DNA of 51,964 nucleotides from Actinomycetota bacterium (lineage in GTDB: Bacteria; Actinomycetota; UBA4738; CALAEC01). Made by a program: the position numbers and the translations under genes. This document shows, piece by piece, positions 17,018 to 25,269 of this stretch; position 1 is the first letter of the stretch, and each line of letters opens with the position of its first letter. The notes under the pieces were generated by a model. That model saw only the letters and a program-made list of their open reading frames with translations. It was not told the DNA's origin and searched no databases. The stretch is taken from contig JBOGVX010000120.1 in NCBI GenBank assembly GCA_050693165.1, positions 1-51,964 of the forward strand, read 5' to 3'.

Positions 17018-17046
17018 TTGACACCCGTGGCCTGGGGCCTGTATAT
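17018..17046 (+). promoter_or_regulatory. candidate sigma-70-type promoter for padR-ino1 (TTGACA-17 nt-GTATAT)
   Basis: TTGACA at 17018-17023 and GTATAT at 17041-17046, in an AT-rich island within GC-rich DNA, 49 nt upstream of the padR start. Confidence 0.5.
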
Positions 17047-17080
17047 GTATCGACGCGATATATCGACGTGATATATCGAG
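17042..17080. repeat. three tandem 13-bp imperfect repeats carrying the palindrome GATATATC; candidate operator
   Basis: Units are tatatgtatcgac / gcgatatatcgac / gtgatatatcgag. CGATATATCG (17056-17065) and GATATATCGA (17070-17079) are self-complementary. They overlap the -10 element and the leader of padR. Confidence 0.55.
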
Positions 17081-17094
17081 ACCAAGGAGAGCGC

Positions 17095-17670
17095 GTGCTG
17101 GAGCTAGCGGTTCTGGGCCTCCTGAAGGAGCGCTCGATGCACGGATACCAGCTCAAGAAGAGCCTGAGCGACACGCTCGGGCCCTTCTGGCAGGTGTCGT
17201 ACGGGGCCCTCTACCCCGCCCTCAAGCGCCTCCGGGCGCACGGCGCGGTCGAGCAGGTCTACCCGAAGACGGAGGTCGGCCGGCGCCGCAACGTCTACCG
17301 GATCACGAAGGAAGGCGAGCGGCAGTTCGCCGAGCTCCTGACGACCGGGGGCGAGCGCGAGACCGTGGACGACAACGGCTTCCGCGTACGCCTCGCGTTC
17401 TTCCGCTACCTGAAGCCCGAGACGCGGATCGGCGTGCTGGAGCGCCGGAAGGCGACGCTCTCCACCCGCCTGACCGAGCTCAAGGATCGGCTGACCGCCT
17501 ACAGCAAGCCGACCGACGGCTACACGCTCTCGCTGATGCAACACGGGATGGATTCCACCGAGAGGGACATCACGTGGCTCGACGGAATGATCGAGGCGGA
17601 ACGACGGGCGACCCGCAGTCCTCGTCGAGCCCGCAAGACCACTACAGGAAAGAAGGAGGGAGCTGCATGA
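17095..17670 (+). CDS. PadR-family transcriptional regulator
   Basis: GTG 17095 lies 4 nt after AAGGAGA. The product reads [50 protein letters not shown], a PadR winged helix. The stop overlaps the ino1 ATG (ATGA). Confidence 0.85.
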   Translation: MLELAVLGLLKERSMHGYQLKKSLSDTLGPFWQVSYGALYPALKRLRAHGAVEQVYPKTEVGRRRNVYRITKEGERQFAELLTTGGERETVDDNGFRVRLAFFRYLKPETRIGVLERRKATLSTRLTELKDRLTAYSKPTDGYTLSLMQHGMDSTERDITWLDGMIEAERRATRSPRRARKTTTGKKEGAA

Positions 17671-18803
17671 GCAAGGTGCGGCTGGGGATAGTTGGGGTTG
17701 GTAATTGCGCGTCCGCCCTCGTGCAAGGGCTCTCCTTCTACCGGGACATCGATCCCGTGGAGACCGTGCCGGGCTTGATGCACACGAAGCTCGGCCCTTA
17801 CCTGCCGTCCGACATCCAGGTCGTGGCGGCGTTCGACGTCGACGGCAAGAAGGTCGGCCGTGACGTCGGTGAGGCGATCTTCGCCGAGCCGAACAACACG
17901 ATCCGTTTCGCGGACGACGTCCCCCCGACCGGGGCGACGGTCCAGCGAGGCCCGACGCTCGACGGCCTGGGCACCTTCTACCGCGAGGAGATCCAGGAGT
18001 CGGACGAGCCGCCCGTGGACATCGCCTCGGCCCTGCGCGAGGCGCAGGTCGATGTGCTCGTCAGCTACCTGCCGGTGGGGAGCGAGGACGCGGCTCGGCA
18101 CTACGCCGCCGCCGCGCTCGAGGCCGGCGTCGCGTTCGTCAACTGCATGCCCGCCTTCATCGCCTCCGACAGGGCTTGGGCACAGAGGTTCGCCGACGCC
18201 GGCGTCCCGATAGTCGGCGACGACATCAAGTCCCAGCTCGGCGCGACGATCACGCACCGCGTCCTCGCGAAGCTGTTCGAGGACCGCGGCGTCAAGCTCG
18301 ACCACACCTCGCAGCTGAACTTCGGCGGGAACATGGACTTCAAAAACATGCTCGAGCGCGAGCGCCTGAAGTCCAAGAAGATCTCGAAAACCCAGTCGGT
18401 GACCTCGCAGCTGCGCGACGGCATCGACAAGGACGACATCCACATCGGGCCGTCCGACTACGTGCCGTGGCTCCAGGACCGCAAGTGGGCGCACATCCGC
18501 CTCGAGGGGCGCGAGTTCGGGAACGTCCCGATGTCGATCGAGCTGAAGCTCGAGGTCTGGGACTCGCCGAACTCGGGTGGGATCGTCATCGACGCTGTGC
18601 GCTGCGCCAAGCTCGCCATGGACCGCAAGATCGGCGGACCGCTGATCGCGCCGTCGGCGTACTTCATGAAGTCGCCGCCGGTCCAGTTCTCGGACGACCA
18701 GGCCAGGGAGATGGTGGCGGAGTTCGTCCGGGGCAACGGCGCCGTGGCGGAGCAGGACTGGTCGCGCTTCGTCGAGGCGTTCCAGTCGCGGACCCACAGC
18801 TGA
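17667..18803 (+). CDS. ino1: myo-inositol-1-phosphate synthase
   Basis: [21 protein letters not shown] (Rossmann N-terminus), [11 protein letters not shown] and [10 protein letters not shown] blocks are characteristic of bacterial and archaeal Ino1. The RBS GAAGGAGGG lies upstream. The PadR-ino1 pairing is known from mycobacteria. Confidence 0.92.
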   Translation: MSKVRLGIVGVGNCASALVQGLSFYRDIDPVETVPGLMHTKLGPYLPSDIQVVAAFDVDGKKVGRDVGEAIFAEPNNTIRFADDVPPTGATVQRGPTLDGLGTFYREEIQESDEPPVDIASALREAQVDVLVSYLPVGSEDAARHYAAAALEAGVAFVNCMPAFIASDRAWAQRFADAGVPIVGDDIKSQLGATITHRVLAKLFEDRGVKLDHTSQLNFGGNMDFKNMLERERLKSKKISKTQSVTSQLRDGIDKDDIHIGPSDYVPWLQDRKWAHIRLEGREFGNVPMSIELKLEVWDSPNSGGIVIDAVRCAKLAMDRKIGGPLIAPSAYFMKSPPVQFSDDQAREMVAEFVRGNGAVAEQDWSRFVEAFQSRTHS

Positions 18804-18822
18804 GCCGGGTTACGCTCGGCGG

Positions 18823-20280
18823 GTGACCGCCGGCGGATCCAAGAAGTACCCGGGCCTTCGCGACCTCGCGTCTCATCCGAGGTTCCGCAGGCTGATCGGC
18901 GCTCAGGCCTTCTCGCAGGCGGGGGACGGCCTGTACCAGATCGCGATCGCCTCGTTCCTGATCTTCTCGGTCGAGGCAGCCCGCACGCCGGGCCAGGTGA
19001 CGAAGATCCTGGCCGTCACGACGATCCCGTTCTCGATCGTGGGGCCGTTCACGGGCCCGTTCATCGACAGGTTCTCTCGCCGGTCCGTGCTCGTCGGGTC
19101 GAAGATCGCCATGGTCATCCTGACCCTGGCCATCATCCCCGCCCGGGAGGTCTCCGAGGGCCTGGTCCTTGCCCTCGTCGTGGCCGACGTCTCGGTCAAC
19201 CGCTTCTGGCACGCCGCGAAGAACGCGGTCCTTCCGTCCCTGGTCCCTCAGCCGAGGTACCTGCTGGCCAACGCGGTCTCGACGACCACCGGCATGGTGG
19301 CCTCGCTGGGCGGGGCGGTGATCGGAGGGCCGATAGTCGACGCCACCACCCCGATAGCCGGCCTCGTCGCCGGCGCCGCGTGCATGGCGATCTCGGCGTA
19401 CCTGGTCGCCGGGATACCGCTTCCCGCGGGCGAGAAGCGCGGACTCTCCGGGATCCTGTCCGAGCTCCGAGAGAACCTGCGCGACGTTCGCGACGGGCTC
19501 CGGACGCTGCGCGCCAGCCGCCAGGCCTCTTACGGCGTGACTTCCGTCTGGGCGATGCGGTTCCTTCTCGGGTTCGTGATGCTCGCTTCCCTGGTACTGC
19601 TGCGCGAGCGGTTCGACATACAGGCGACCGGCTTCTCGCTGGTGTTCGCGGCACTGGCCATCGGCGGCTTTGCGGGCGCTCTCCTGGTGCCGATCGTCGC
19701 GAAGCGTCTCGGGTACAAGGCCATGGCGCCGGTGGCCATGGTTCTGGCCGCGGTCGCCGCGATGGTCGGAGGTCCCATCCCATCGCTCTACGCGCTGCTG
19801 CCGACGGTTCTCATCGGGGGGATAGCGATGTCCCTCGCAAAGATCGCTTCCGACACGCTCATCCAGAACGCGATCGAGGACCGGTTCCGTGGCCGGGCGT
19901 TCGCCGTGTACGAGCTCGGGTACAACGGCGCGTTCGTCGTCGCGGGACTGATCCCAACGGCTCTTCGCCCGGTGCTCGGCGACGTCGGGGTGATCATGCT
20001 GACCGGAGCGCTGGCGCTGGTGACCGCCGCGGTGCTCTACCGTCGAGCATCTCGCATCCCCGAGCAGATCGAGGTTCATTCCTACGCCGGCTCGCGTGGC
20101 GACGAGACCCCTAGAGAGGTGGTCATCGCCGGTGAGACATTCGCCGTCGAGGAGGTTGAGCGCTCCTGGCATGAGGAGAGGAACGGCAAGCGCTTCCGCG
20201 TCTTCCGGCTTCGGCTTTCGGGAGGACGGCGCGTACAGGTCTCCCTGAGTGAGACCTGGCAGCTCGACAGCCGCGGCTAG
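18823..20280 (+). CDS. MFS transporter with a roughly 75-aa soluble C-terminal extension
   Basis: About 12 hydrophobic segments, and an FIDRFSRR loop motif typical of MFS. The C-terminal tail is IEVHSYAGSRGDETPREVVIAGETFAVEEVERSWHEE...WQLDSRG. Confidence 0.85.
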   Translation: MTAGGSKKYPGLRDLASHPRFRRLIGAQAFSQAGDGLYQIAIASFLIFSVEAARTPGQVTKILAVTTIPFSIVGPFTGPFIDRFSRRSVLVGSKIAMVILTLAIIPAREVSEGLVLALVVADVSVNRFWHAAKNAVLPSLVPQPRYLLANAVSTTTGMVASLGGAVIGGPIVDATTPIAGLVAGAACMAISAYLVAGIPLPAGEKRGLSGILSELRENLRDVRDGLRTLRASRQASYGVTSVWAMRFLLGFVMLASLVLLRERFDIQATGFSLVFAALAIGGFAGALLVPIVAKRLGYKAMAPVAMVLAAVAAMVGGPIPSLYALLPTVLIGGIAMSLAKIASDTLIQNAIEDRFRGRAFAVYELGYNGAFVVAGLIPTALRPVLGDVGVIMLTGALALVTAAVLYRRASRIPEQIEVHSYAGSRGDETPREVVIAGETFAVEEVERSWHEERNGKRFRVFRLRLSGGRRVQVSLSETWQLDSRG

Positions 20281-20666
20281 CGGACCACCCCGAAGCGAGG
20301 GCTGTACCGAACTCGCACCACGCCCTCGATCGCGACGCGCGCGACGGTTCCGAAAGACCGCCCGTCCGTGCTGGCGTCGCTGTTGTCGCCCTCGACCAGG
20401 TACTCGTCCGGGCCTAGCGTTCGGCCGTCAACCACGTCGCCGGGTATGGCCGAGACGCGCTTGACCAGGTCCATCGAGTCCTCGGGGTGACGAAGTACCA
20501 CCACCCTGCCGCGACCGATAGCTCCCGCGCGTGTCGCGATGAGCCAGTCCCCTGGTCTGAGGGTCGGCTCCATGCTCGAGCCGGCGACCTCGACTCGAAA
20601 GGGCCTGAGGAATGCGGCCGCCGCCCCGACGCTTACCAGAATCAGCCAGCGAGTGCGTCCACTCAC
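20277..20666 (-). CDS. sodX: S26-family signal-peptidase-like protease (Ni-SOD maturation protease type)
   Basis: VAGSSMEPTLRPGDWL (catalytic Ser box) and DLVKRV (Lys box). The protein is small (129 aa) and divergent from sodN. Confidence 0.82.
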   Translation of the reverse strand: MSGRTRWLILVSVGAAAAFLRPFRVEVAGSSMEPTLRPGDWLIATRAGAIGRGRVVVLRHPEDSMDLVKRVSAIPGDVVDGRTLGPDEYLVEGDNSDASTDGRSFGTVARVAIEGVVRVRYSPRFGVVR

Positions 20667-20744
20667 CCCGTCAACGTAGCCCCTGACGCGACTCCGTGCG
20701 TTGGTGGTAGCGTGACCGAAGCTACCCCTAACGAAGGAGGAGAC

Positions 20745-21161
20745 ATGCTCAACCTGCTACGTCCTCGCAGAGTCGTGCACGCGCACTGCGACCTGCCATG
20801 TGGTGTGTACGACCCCGCGCAAGCGCGGATCGAGGCCGAGTCCGTCATGGGGATCCAGAAGAAGTACCAGGACGCCGAGAACCAGAAGAAGCCCACCGAG
20901 ACGGCGGACGAGTTCAAGTCACGCGCGCTGTCCATAAAGGAGCAGCGGGCGAACCTGGTCAAGGAGCACCTGTGGGTGCTCTGGACCGACTACTTCAAGC
21001 CCGAGCACCTGGACAACCACCCGGGTCTGCACGAGACGTTCTGGAAGGCGACGAAGCTAGCCGGCGACGCGAAGAAGTCGCAGGACCCGAGCCAGGGGCA
21101 GCAGCTGCTGGACGCGATCGCCGAGATCGACTCGATCTTCCAGGAGACGAAGAAGGGCTAG
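20745..21161 (+). CDS. sodN: nickel-containing superoxide dismutase precursor
   Basis: MLNLLRPRRVVHA is followed by HCDLPCGVYDP, the Ni-hook motif exposed after leader cleavage. The RBS GAAGGAGGAG lies upstream. Confidence 0.95.
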   Translation: MLNLLRPRRVVHAHCDLPCGVYDPAQARIEAESVMGIQKKYQDAENQKKPTETADEFKSRALSIKEQRANLVKEHLWVLWTDYFKPEHLDNHPGLHETFWKATKLAGDAKKSQDPSQGQQLLDAIAEIDSIFQETKKG

Positions 21162-21174
21162 TGGCGACCCGCGC

Positions 21175-21348
21175 TCAGCGGGACCCGCCCTTGCGCCCGA
21201 TCGTGCGGTAGAACTCCGGCCCGTACCGCTCCTTGGTGGTCAGGCCGCCTTTCTTCCCGCCCTTCCTCCCGATCTCCTGGAAGAAGTCGGGCCCATATCG
21301 CTTCTTGGTGGTCAGGCCGCCCTTGCGGCCGGCATCTGCCCTGGTCAT
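21175..21348 (-). CDS. KGG-repeat general stress protein (57 aa)
   Basis: MTRADAGRKGGLTTKKRYGPDFFQEIGRKGGKKGGLTTKERYGPEFYRTIGRKGGSR contains two tandem copies of a KGG-motif repeat. ATG at 21348. Confidence 0.75.
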   Translation of the reverse strand: MTRADAGRKGGLTTKKRYGPDFFQEIGRKGGKKGGLTTKERYGPEFYRTIGRKGGSR

Positions 21349-21481
21349 GCGCGGTTCCGGGTCGGGCAAGTGGGAAACACCCCCTGGTCGTCGAGATGTA
21401 ACCCCTTTCCTTCCCAGGCCACCCGTCGGCCAAACCGCGGAACTCAGGCCGAGGGGCAATGGGGCCGATGAATAGGTACGT

Positions 21482-22585
21482 ATGTCCGCTGCGACTTTCC
21501 TACGCCACATGGTCGAGGCCGGGGCGAGTGACCTTCACCTCAAGGTGGGGCTGCCCCCCACGATCCGGGTGGACGGCGTGCTCGACCAGGCCCCTTTCCC
21601 GCCGATGACGACCGCCGACACCGAGAAAGCCGCCAGGGAGATGCTTTCGGAGGCCAAGGCGGTCGAGTTCAAGGCCACGAACGAGGCCGACGTCGGCTAC
21701 ACACTCCCCGGGGTCGGCCGGTTCAGGGTGAACGTCTTCAGGCAGCGCGGTAACGTCAGCCTCGCCATCCGAAGGGTGCGTTCCGACATCCCGACATACG
21801 AGGAGCTCCACCTGCCCAAGGCCGTCGGCCTCATGGCCGCGGAGCCCCGAGGTCTCATCTTGATCACCGGGCCCACCGGGACCGGGAAGACGACCACGAT
21901 CGCCTCGATGATCGGCTGGATCAACGCGAATCGCCGAGCCCACATCGTGACGATCGAGGATCCCATCGAGATCGTGCACGAGGACATGCTCTCGATCGTG
22001 GACCAGCGGGAGATCGGGCTCGACACCGACTCGTACCAGAGCGCACTGAAGTACATCGTGCGGCAGGACCCCGACGTCATCTTCGTCGGCGAGATCCGCG
22101 ACCCCGAGACGGTCAAGGCGGCCCTTCAGGCGGCCGAGACAGGCCACCTGGTGATCGCGACGCTGCACACGCTCGATGCGACCGAGACGATCAACCGCTG
22201 CATCGACCTGTTCCCCGCCGAGATGCAGCGCCAGGTTCGCGTCTCCCTGGCCGCGAGCCTCCGGGGCGTGATGTCGCAGCGGCTGCTGCCTCGCGCCGAT
22301 GGCAAAGGACGAGTCCCAGCGGTCGAGGTCCTGATCAACACCGGCCGCGTGGCCGAGAGGATCTTGAACCCCGAGCTGACCAACACCATCGTCGACGTGA
22401 TCGGCGACGGCGACTTCTACGGCATGCAACTCTTCGACCAGGCGCTAGTCAAGCTCGTCGCCGACGGGCTCGTCACGGTGGACGCTGCGGCCGACACGGC
22501 TTCCAGCCGCCACGACTTCCTGCTCGCGCTGAAGCAGGCTCAGCTGCTGGACGTTCGCACCGAGCACGAGCACGAGCGCATCTAG
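21482..22585 (+). CDS. pilT: PilT-family type IV pilus retraction ATPase
   Basis: Walker A GPTGTGKTT, DPDVIFVGEIRD (Walker B / Asp box) and GHLVIATLHT (His box). Length 367 aa. Confidence 0.88.
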   Translation: MSAATFLRHMVEAGASDLHLKVGLPPTIRVDGVLDQAPFPPMTTADTEKAAREMLSEAKAVEFKATNEADVGYTLPGVGRFRVNVFRQRGNVSLAIRRVRSDIPTYEELHLPKAVGLMAAEPRGLILITGPTGTGKTTTIASMIGWINANRRAHIVTIEDPIEIVHEDMLSIVDQREIGLDTDSYQSALKYIVRQDPDVIFVGEIRDPETVKAALQAAETGHLVIATLHTLDATETINRCIDLFPAEMQRQVRVSLAASLRGVMSQRLLPRADGKGRVPAVEVLINTGRVAERILNPELTNTIVDVIGDGDFYGMQLFDQALVKLVADGLVTVDAAADTASSRHDFLLALKQAQLLDVRTEHEHERI

Positions 22586-22950
22586 CGCGCCTCCATCTCC
22601 GCGAGCCTTGCCGCCTCCTCGAACGGGTGACCCCTGTACCCCGTGAACACCCAGATCAGCACGTACAGCGGTATGTACAGAGGCCCGAGCCGCTCGTACT
22701 GGCGCACGTGGTGAAGCTCGTGAACCAATAGGGATCCCTGCACGGGGCTGTTCGACAACACGACATGACCGTAGGTGATAGCAGCGCGCCGGAAGAGCGC
22801 GATTAGCCAGATGAAGCCGCGTCTGTCCGCGTCGAAGACGAGGATCCCGTCCTGCGTGCGCGGTCTCTGGAAAGACAACAGTCCGAAGAGGATCCCGAGG
22901 ATCGTGTTCGGTGACGCCCACACGTAGGCGAGAACGCGAAGAAGGGGCAT
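22582..22950 (-). CDS. small membrane protein with HExxH motif, function unknown
   Basis: ATG 22950. The product has hydrophobic segments and LLVHELHHVRQYERLG. Its stop overlaps the pilT stop (CTAG). Confidence 0.55.
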   Translation of the reverse strand: MPLLRVLAYVWASPNTILGILFGLLSFQRPRTQDGILVFDADRRGFIWLIALFRRAAITYGHVVLSNSPVQGSLLVHELHHVRQYERLGPLYIPLYVLIWVFTGYRGHPFEEAARLAEMEAR

Positions 22951-22975
22951 TCGGAGCCTAGGGTATCCTCCAGCG

Positions 22976-24370
22976 GTGGCCCCTCCCGAAGAAGGTTCAC
23001 CCACCGCAGACCTGATCGACGTCCCTCCGCCCGCAGCGGAGCTCGGCCAGCGTTTCGAAAAGGCGGGACACCAGCTGTACCTCGTCGGCGGCGCGGTACG
23101 CGACGCCGTTCTCGGGACCATCGGTGACGAGCTCGACTTCACCACCGATGCGCGACCCCCGCAGATCATCGCGATCCTGCAGGGATGGGCGGAATCCCGC
23201 TATCTGATCGGCATCGAGTACGGCACCGTCGGCGCGCGCAGAGGCGGGTACACCTTTGAGATCACCACGTTCCGCGAGGACGTGTACCGGGAGGAGTCGA
23301 GGAACCCCGTGGTGACGTACGCGAAGGACGTCGAGACCGATCTGTCGCGCCGGGACTTCACGATCAACGCGATGGCGGTGCGTGTCCCCGGCGGCGAGTT
23401 CGTCGATCCCCACCGCGGCCTGCTCGACCTCGGCATGAAGAAGCTCAGGACCCCGCTCGACCCCGACACCTCATTCACCGACGACCCGCTGCGCATGCTC
23501 CGCGCGGCGCGGTTCGTATCGACGCTGGGCCTCGAGCCGGACCCCGAGCTTCTCGAGTCGATCGGACGTCTACGAGACAGGCTCGAGATCATCTCGCCGG
23601 AGCGCATCCGGGACGAGCTGACCAAGCTGCTCCTCGGCGAGCACGTCGACCGGGGGCTCGCGCTGGTGGTCGACACCGGCCTCGCCGAGCAGTTCATACC
23701 GGAGCTCCCGGCGCTGAAGCTCGAGCAGGACCCGGTACACCGCCACAAGGATGTCCTGCACCACACGTTCGCGGTCGTCAAACGGACGGAGCCGAAGCGC
23801 GTCCTTCGTCTGGCGGCGCTCATGCACGACATCGGCAAACCGGCCACGCGCGAGATCACCCCCGAAGGGGTGCAGTTCCACCACCACGAGGTCGTCGGGG
23901 GGCGAATGGCCGAAGAGCGGCTCAGGGCCCTGCGCTATCCCGAGAAGGACGTGCAGGACGTGAAGAATCTGGTCGAGATGCATTTGCGGTTCCACACGTA
24001 CCGCCTCGGCTGGACCGACGGCGCGCTTCGCCGCTACGTGCGCGACGCCGGCCCACTTCTGGACGACCTCAACCAGCTGACCCGGGCCGACTGCACCACC
24101 CAGAACCCGCAGAAGGCCAAGACCCTCACCGCTCTCCAGGACGAGCTCGAGGAGCGGATCGCGCGACTCGCGGAGGACGAGAACCTCGCACGGATCCGCC
24201 CGCCGCTCGACGGTACCCAGGTCATGGAGCATCTCGGCGTGCCACCAGGCCCGCTGGTGGGTGAGGCGCTCGCCCATCTCCTCGAGCTGCGGATGGACCG
24301 GGGACCGATCTCCCAGGAGGAGGCTCTTCGGCTCCTCGACGAGTGGCGGGAGCAAAAGGGCCTCGAGTAG
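22976..24370 (+). CDS. cca: CCA-adding tRNA nucleotidyltransferase with HD domain
   Basis: LYLVGGAVRDAVLG...DFTT, RRDFTINAMA and the HD-domain block RLAALMHDIGKP. GTG start. Confidence 0.9.
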   Translation: MAPPEEGSPTADLIDVPPPAAELGQRFEKAGHQLYLVGGAVRDAVLGTIGDELDFTTDARPPQIIAILQGWAESRYLIGIEYGTVGARRGGYTFEITTFREDVYREESRNPVVTYAKDVETDLSRRDFTINAMAVRVPGGEFVDPHRGLLDLGMKKLRTPLDPDTSFTDDPLRMLRAARFVSTLGLEPDPELLESIGRLRDRLEIISPERIRDELTKLLLGEHVDRGLALVVDTGLAEQFIPELPALKLEQDPVHRHKDVLHHTFAVVKRTEPKRVLRLAALMHDIGKPATREITPEGVQFHHHEVVGGRMAEERLRALRYPEKDVQDVKNLVEMHLRFHTYRLGWTDGALRRYVRDAGPLLDDLNQLTRADCTTQNPQKAKTLTALQDELEERIARLAEDENLARIRPPLDGTQVMEHLGVPPGPLVGEALAHLLELRMDRGPISQEEALRLLDEWREQKGLE

Positions 24371-24379
24371 CCCTGAGCC

Positions 24380-24844
24380 ATGCGGAACAGCGTCGACGTA
24401 CACAACTTCCTCCTGGAGCGACAGGTTCCACACGAGCTCGTCCCGGTGCGAGGACGGTTCCGCTCCGCCGACAACATCGCCGCGGTGCTCGGGCTCGAGC
24501 CCCAACAGGTCGGCAAGGTCGTGATACTCGGGGCGAGCAAGGGCCTGGTGGCGGTGCTGCTTCCCGCGAACAGCGAGCCGGACATGCGGCGGGTCGCGAT
24601 CGCCGCTCCCACGCCGACGCTTCAGGCGCTGTCCTCGGATGAGATCAGCGACGCGACGCAGTACCTCGCCGAGAGCGTCCCGCCGGTCGGGCTTCCCGAG
24701 GGGACGAAGGCGATCATGGATCACGGGCTCGCCGAGCAGGAGATCCTCTACTTCGCGGGTGGCGAGTCCTCGACCCTGCTGAAGATCCGACCCGGTGACC
24801 TGCAGAGCGCGTCTGGTGCCAAGGTCGCGAAGGTTGCCAGATGA
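24380..24844 (+). CDS. YbaK/ProX-type aminoacyl-tRNA editing (deacylase) domain protein
   Basis: 154 aa. The pattern VGKVVILGASKGLVAVLLPANSEPDMRRV...VPPVGLPEGTKAIMD...LYFAGGES fits the YbaK fold. Confidence 0.7.
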   Translation: MRNSVDVHNFLLERQVPHELVPVRGRFRSADNIAAVLGLEPQQVGKVVILGASKGLVAVLLPANSEPDMRRVAIAAPTPTLQALSSDEISDATQYLAESVPPVGLPEGTKAIMDHGLAEQEILYFAGGESSTLLKIRPGDLQSASGAKVAKVAR

Positions 24845-25269
24845 AGACCCAGTACCAGGTCTCCGCCGGGGGCGTGCTTGTCCGCGATTCCGGCGGCGGT
24901 CCGGAGGTGCTTCTCGCGTCGCGGAGGACCCGGCGAGACGAGCTCGTCTGGGGCTTGCCCAAGGGCCTGGTCGAGGATGGCGAGTCGGCGGAGGAGGCGG
25001 CGCTTCGCGAGGTTCGGGAGGAGACCGGCTACAGCGGGGAGATCCGGGAGCCACTCGGCGAGGTCTCGTACTGGTACGTGTGGGATGGCGACCGCGTAAG
25101 GAAGACGGTCCACTTCTTCCTGATGAAGGACACGGGCGAGGAGCCAGGAGAGCGCGACCAGGAGATGGAGGAGGTTCGGTGGTTCGACCTCACCGAGGCG
25201 CAGAGCGTCGCCGGATTCAAGTCCGAGAAGGCGATCCTCAAGAAGGCCACCGAAGCGGTGAGAGCATGA
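24841..25269 (+). CDS. NUDIX hydrolase
   Basis: Nudix box GLPKGLVEDGESAEEAALREVREETGY. ATGA overlap with the upstream gene. Confidence 0.9.
   Translation: MKTQYQVSAGGVLVRDSGGGPEVLLASRRTRRDELVWGLPKGLVEDGESAEEAALREVREETGYSGEIREPLGEVSYWYVWDGDRVRKTVHFFLMKDTGEEPGERDQEMEEVRWFDLTEAQSVAGFKSEKAILKKATEAVRA

Noticed and set aside
20277-20280. Convergent gene pairs whose stops overlap in CTAG (20277-20280, 22582-22585, 35436-39), considered as a meaningful recurring signal.
   Set aside because: Any TAG preceded by C yields TAG on the other strand. Three occurrences among many gene ends are compatible with chance and compact gene packing.
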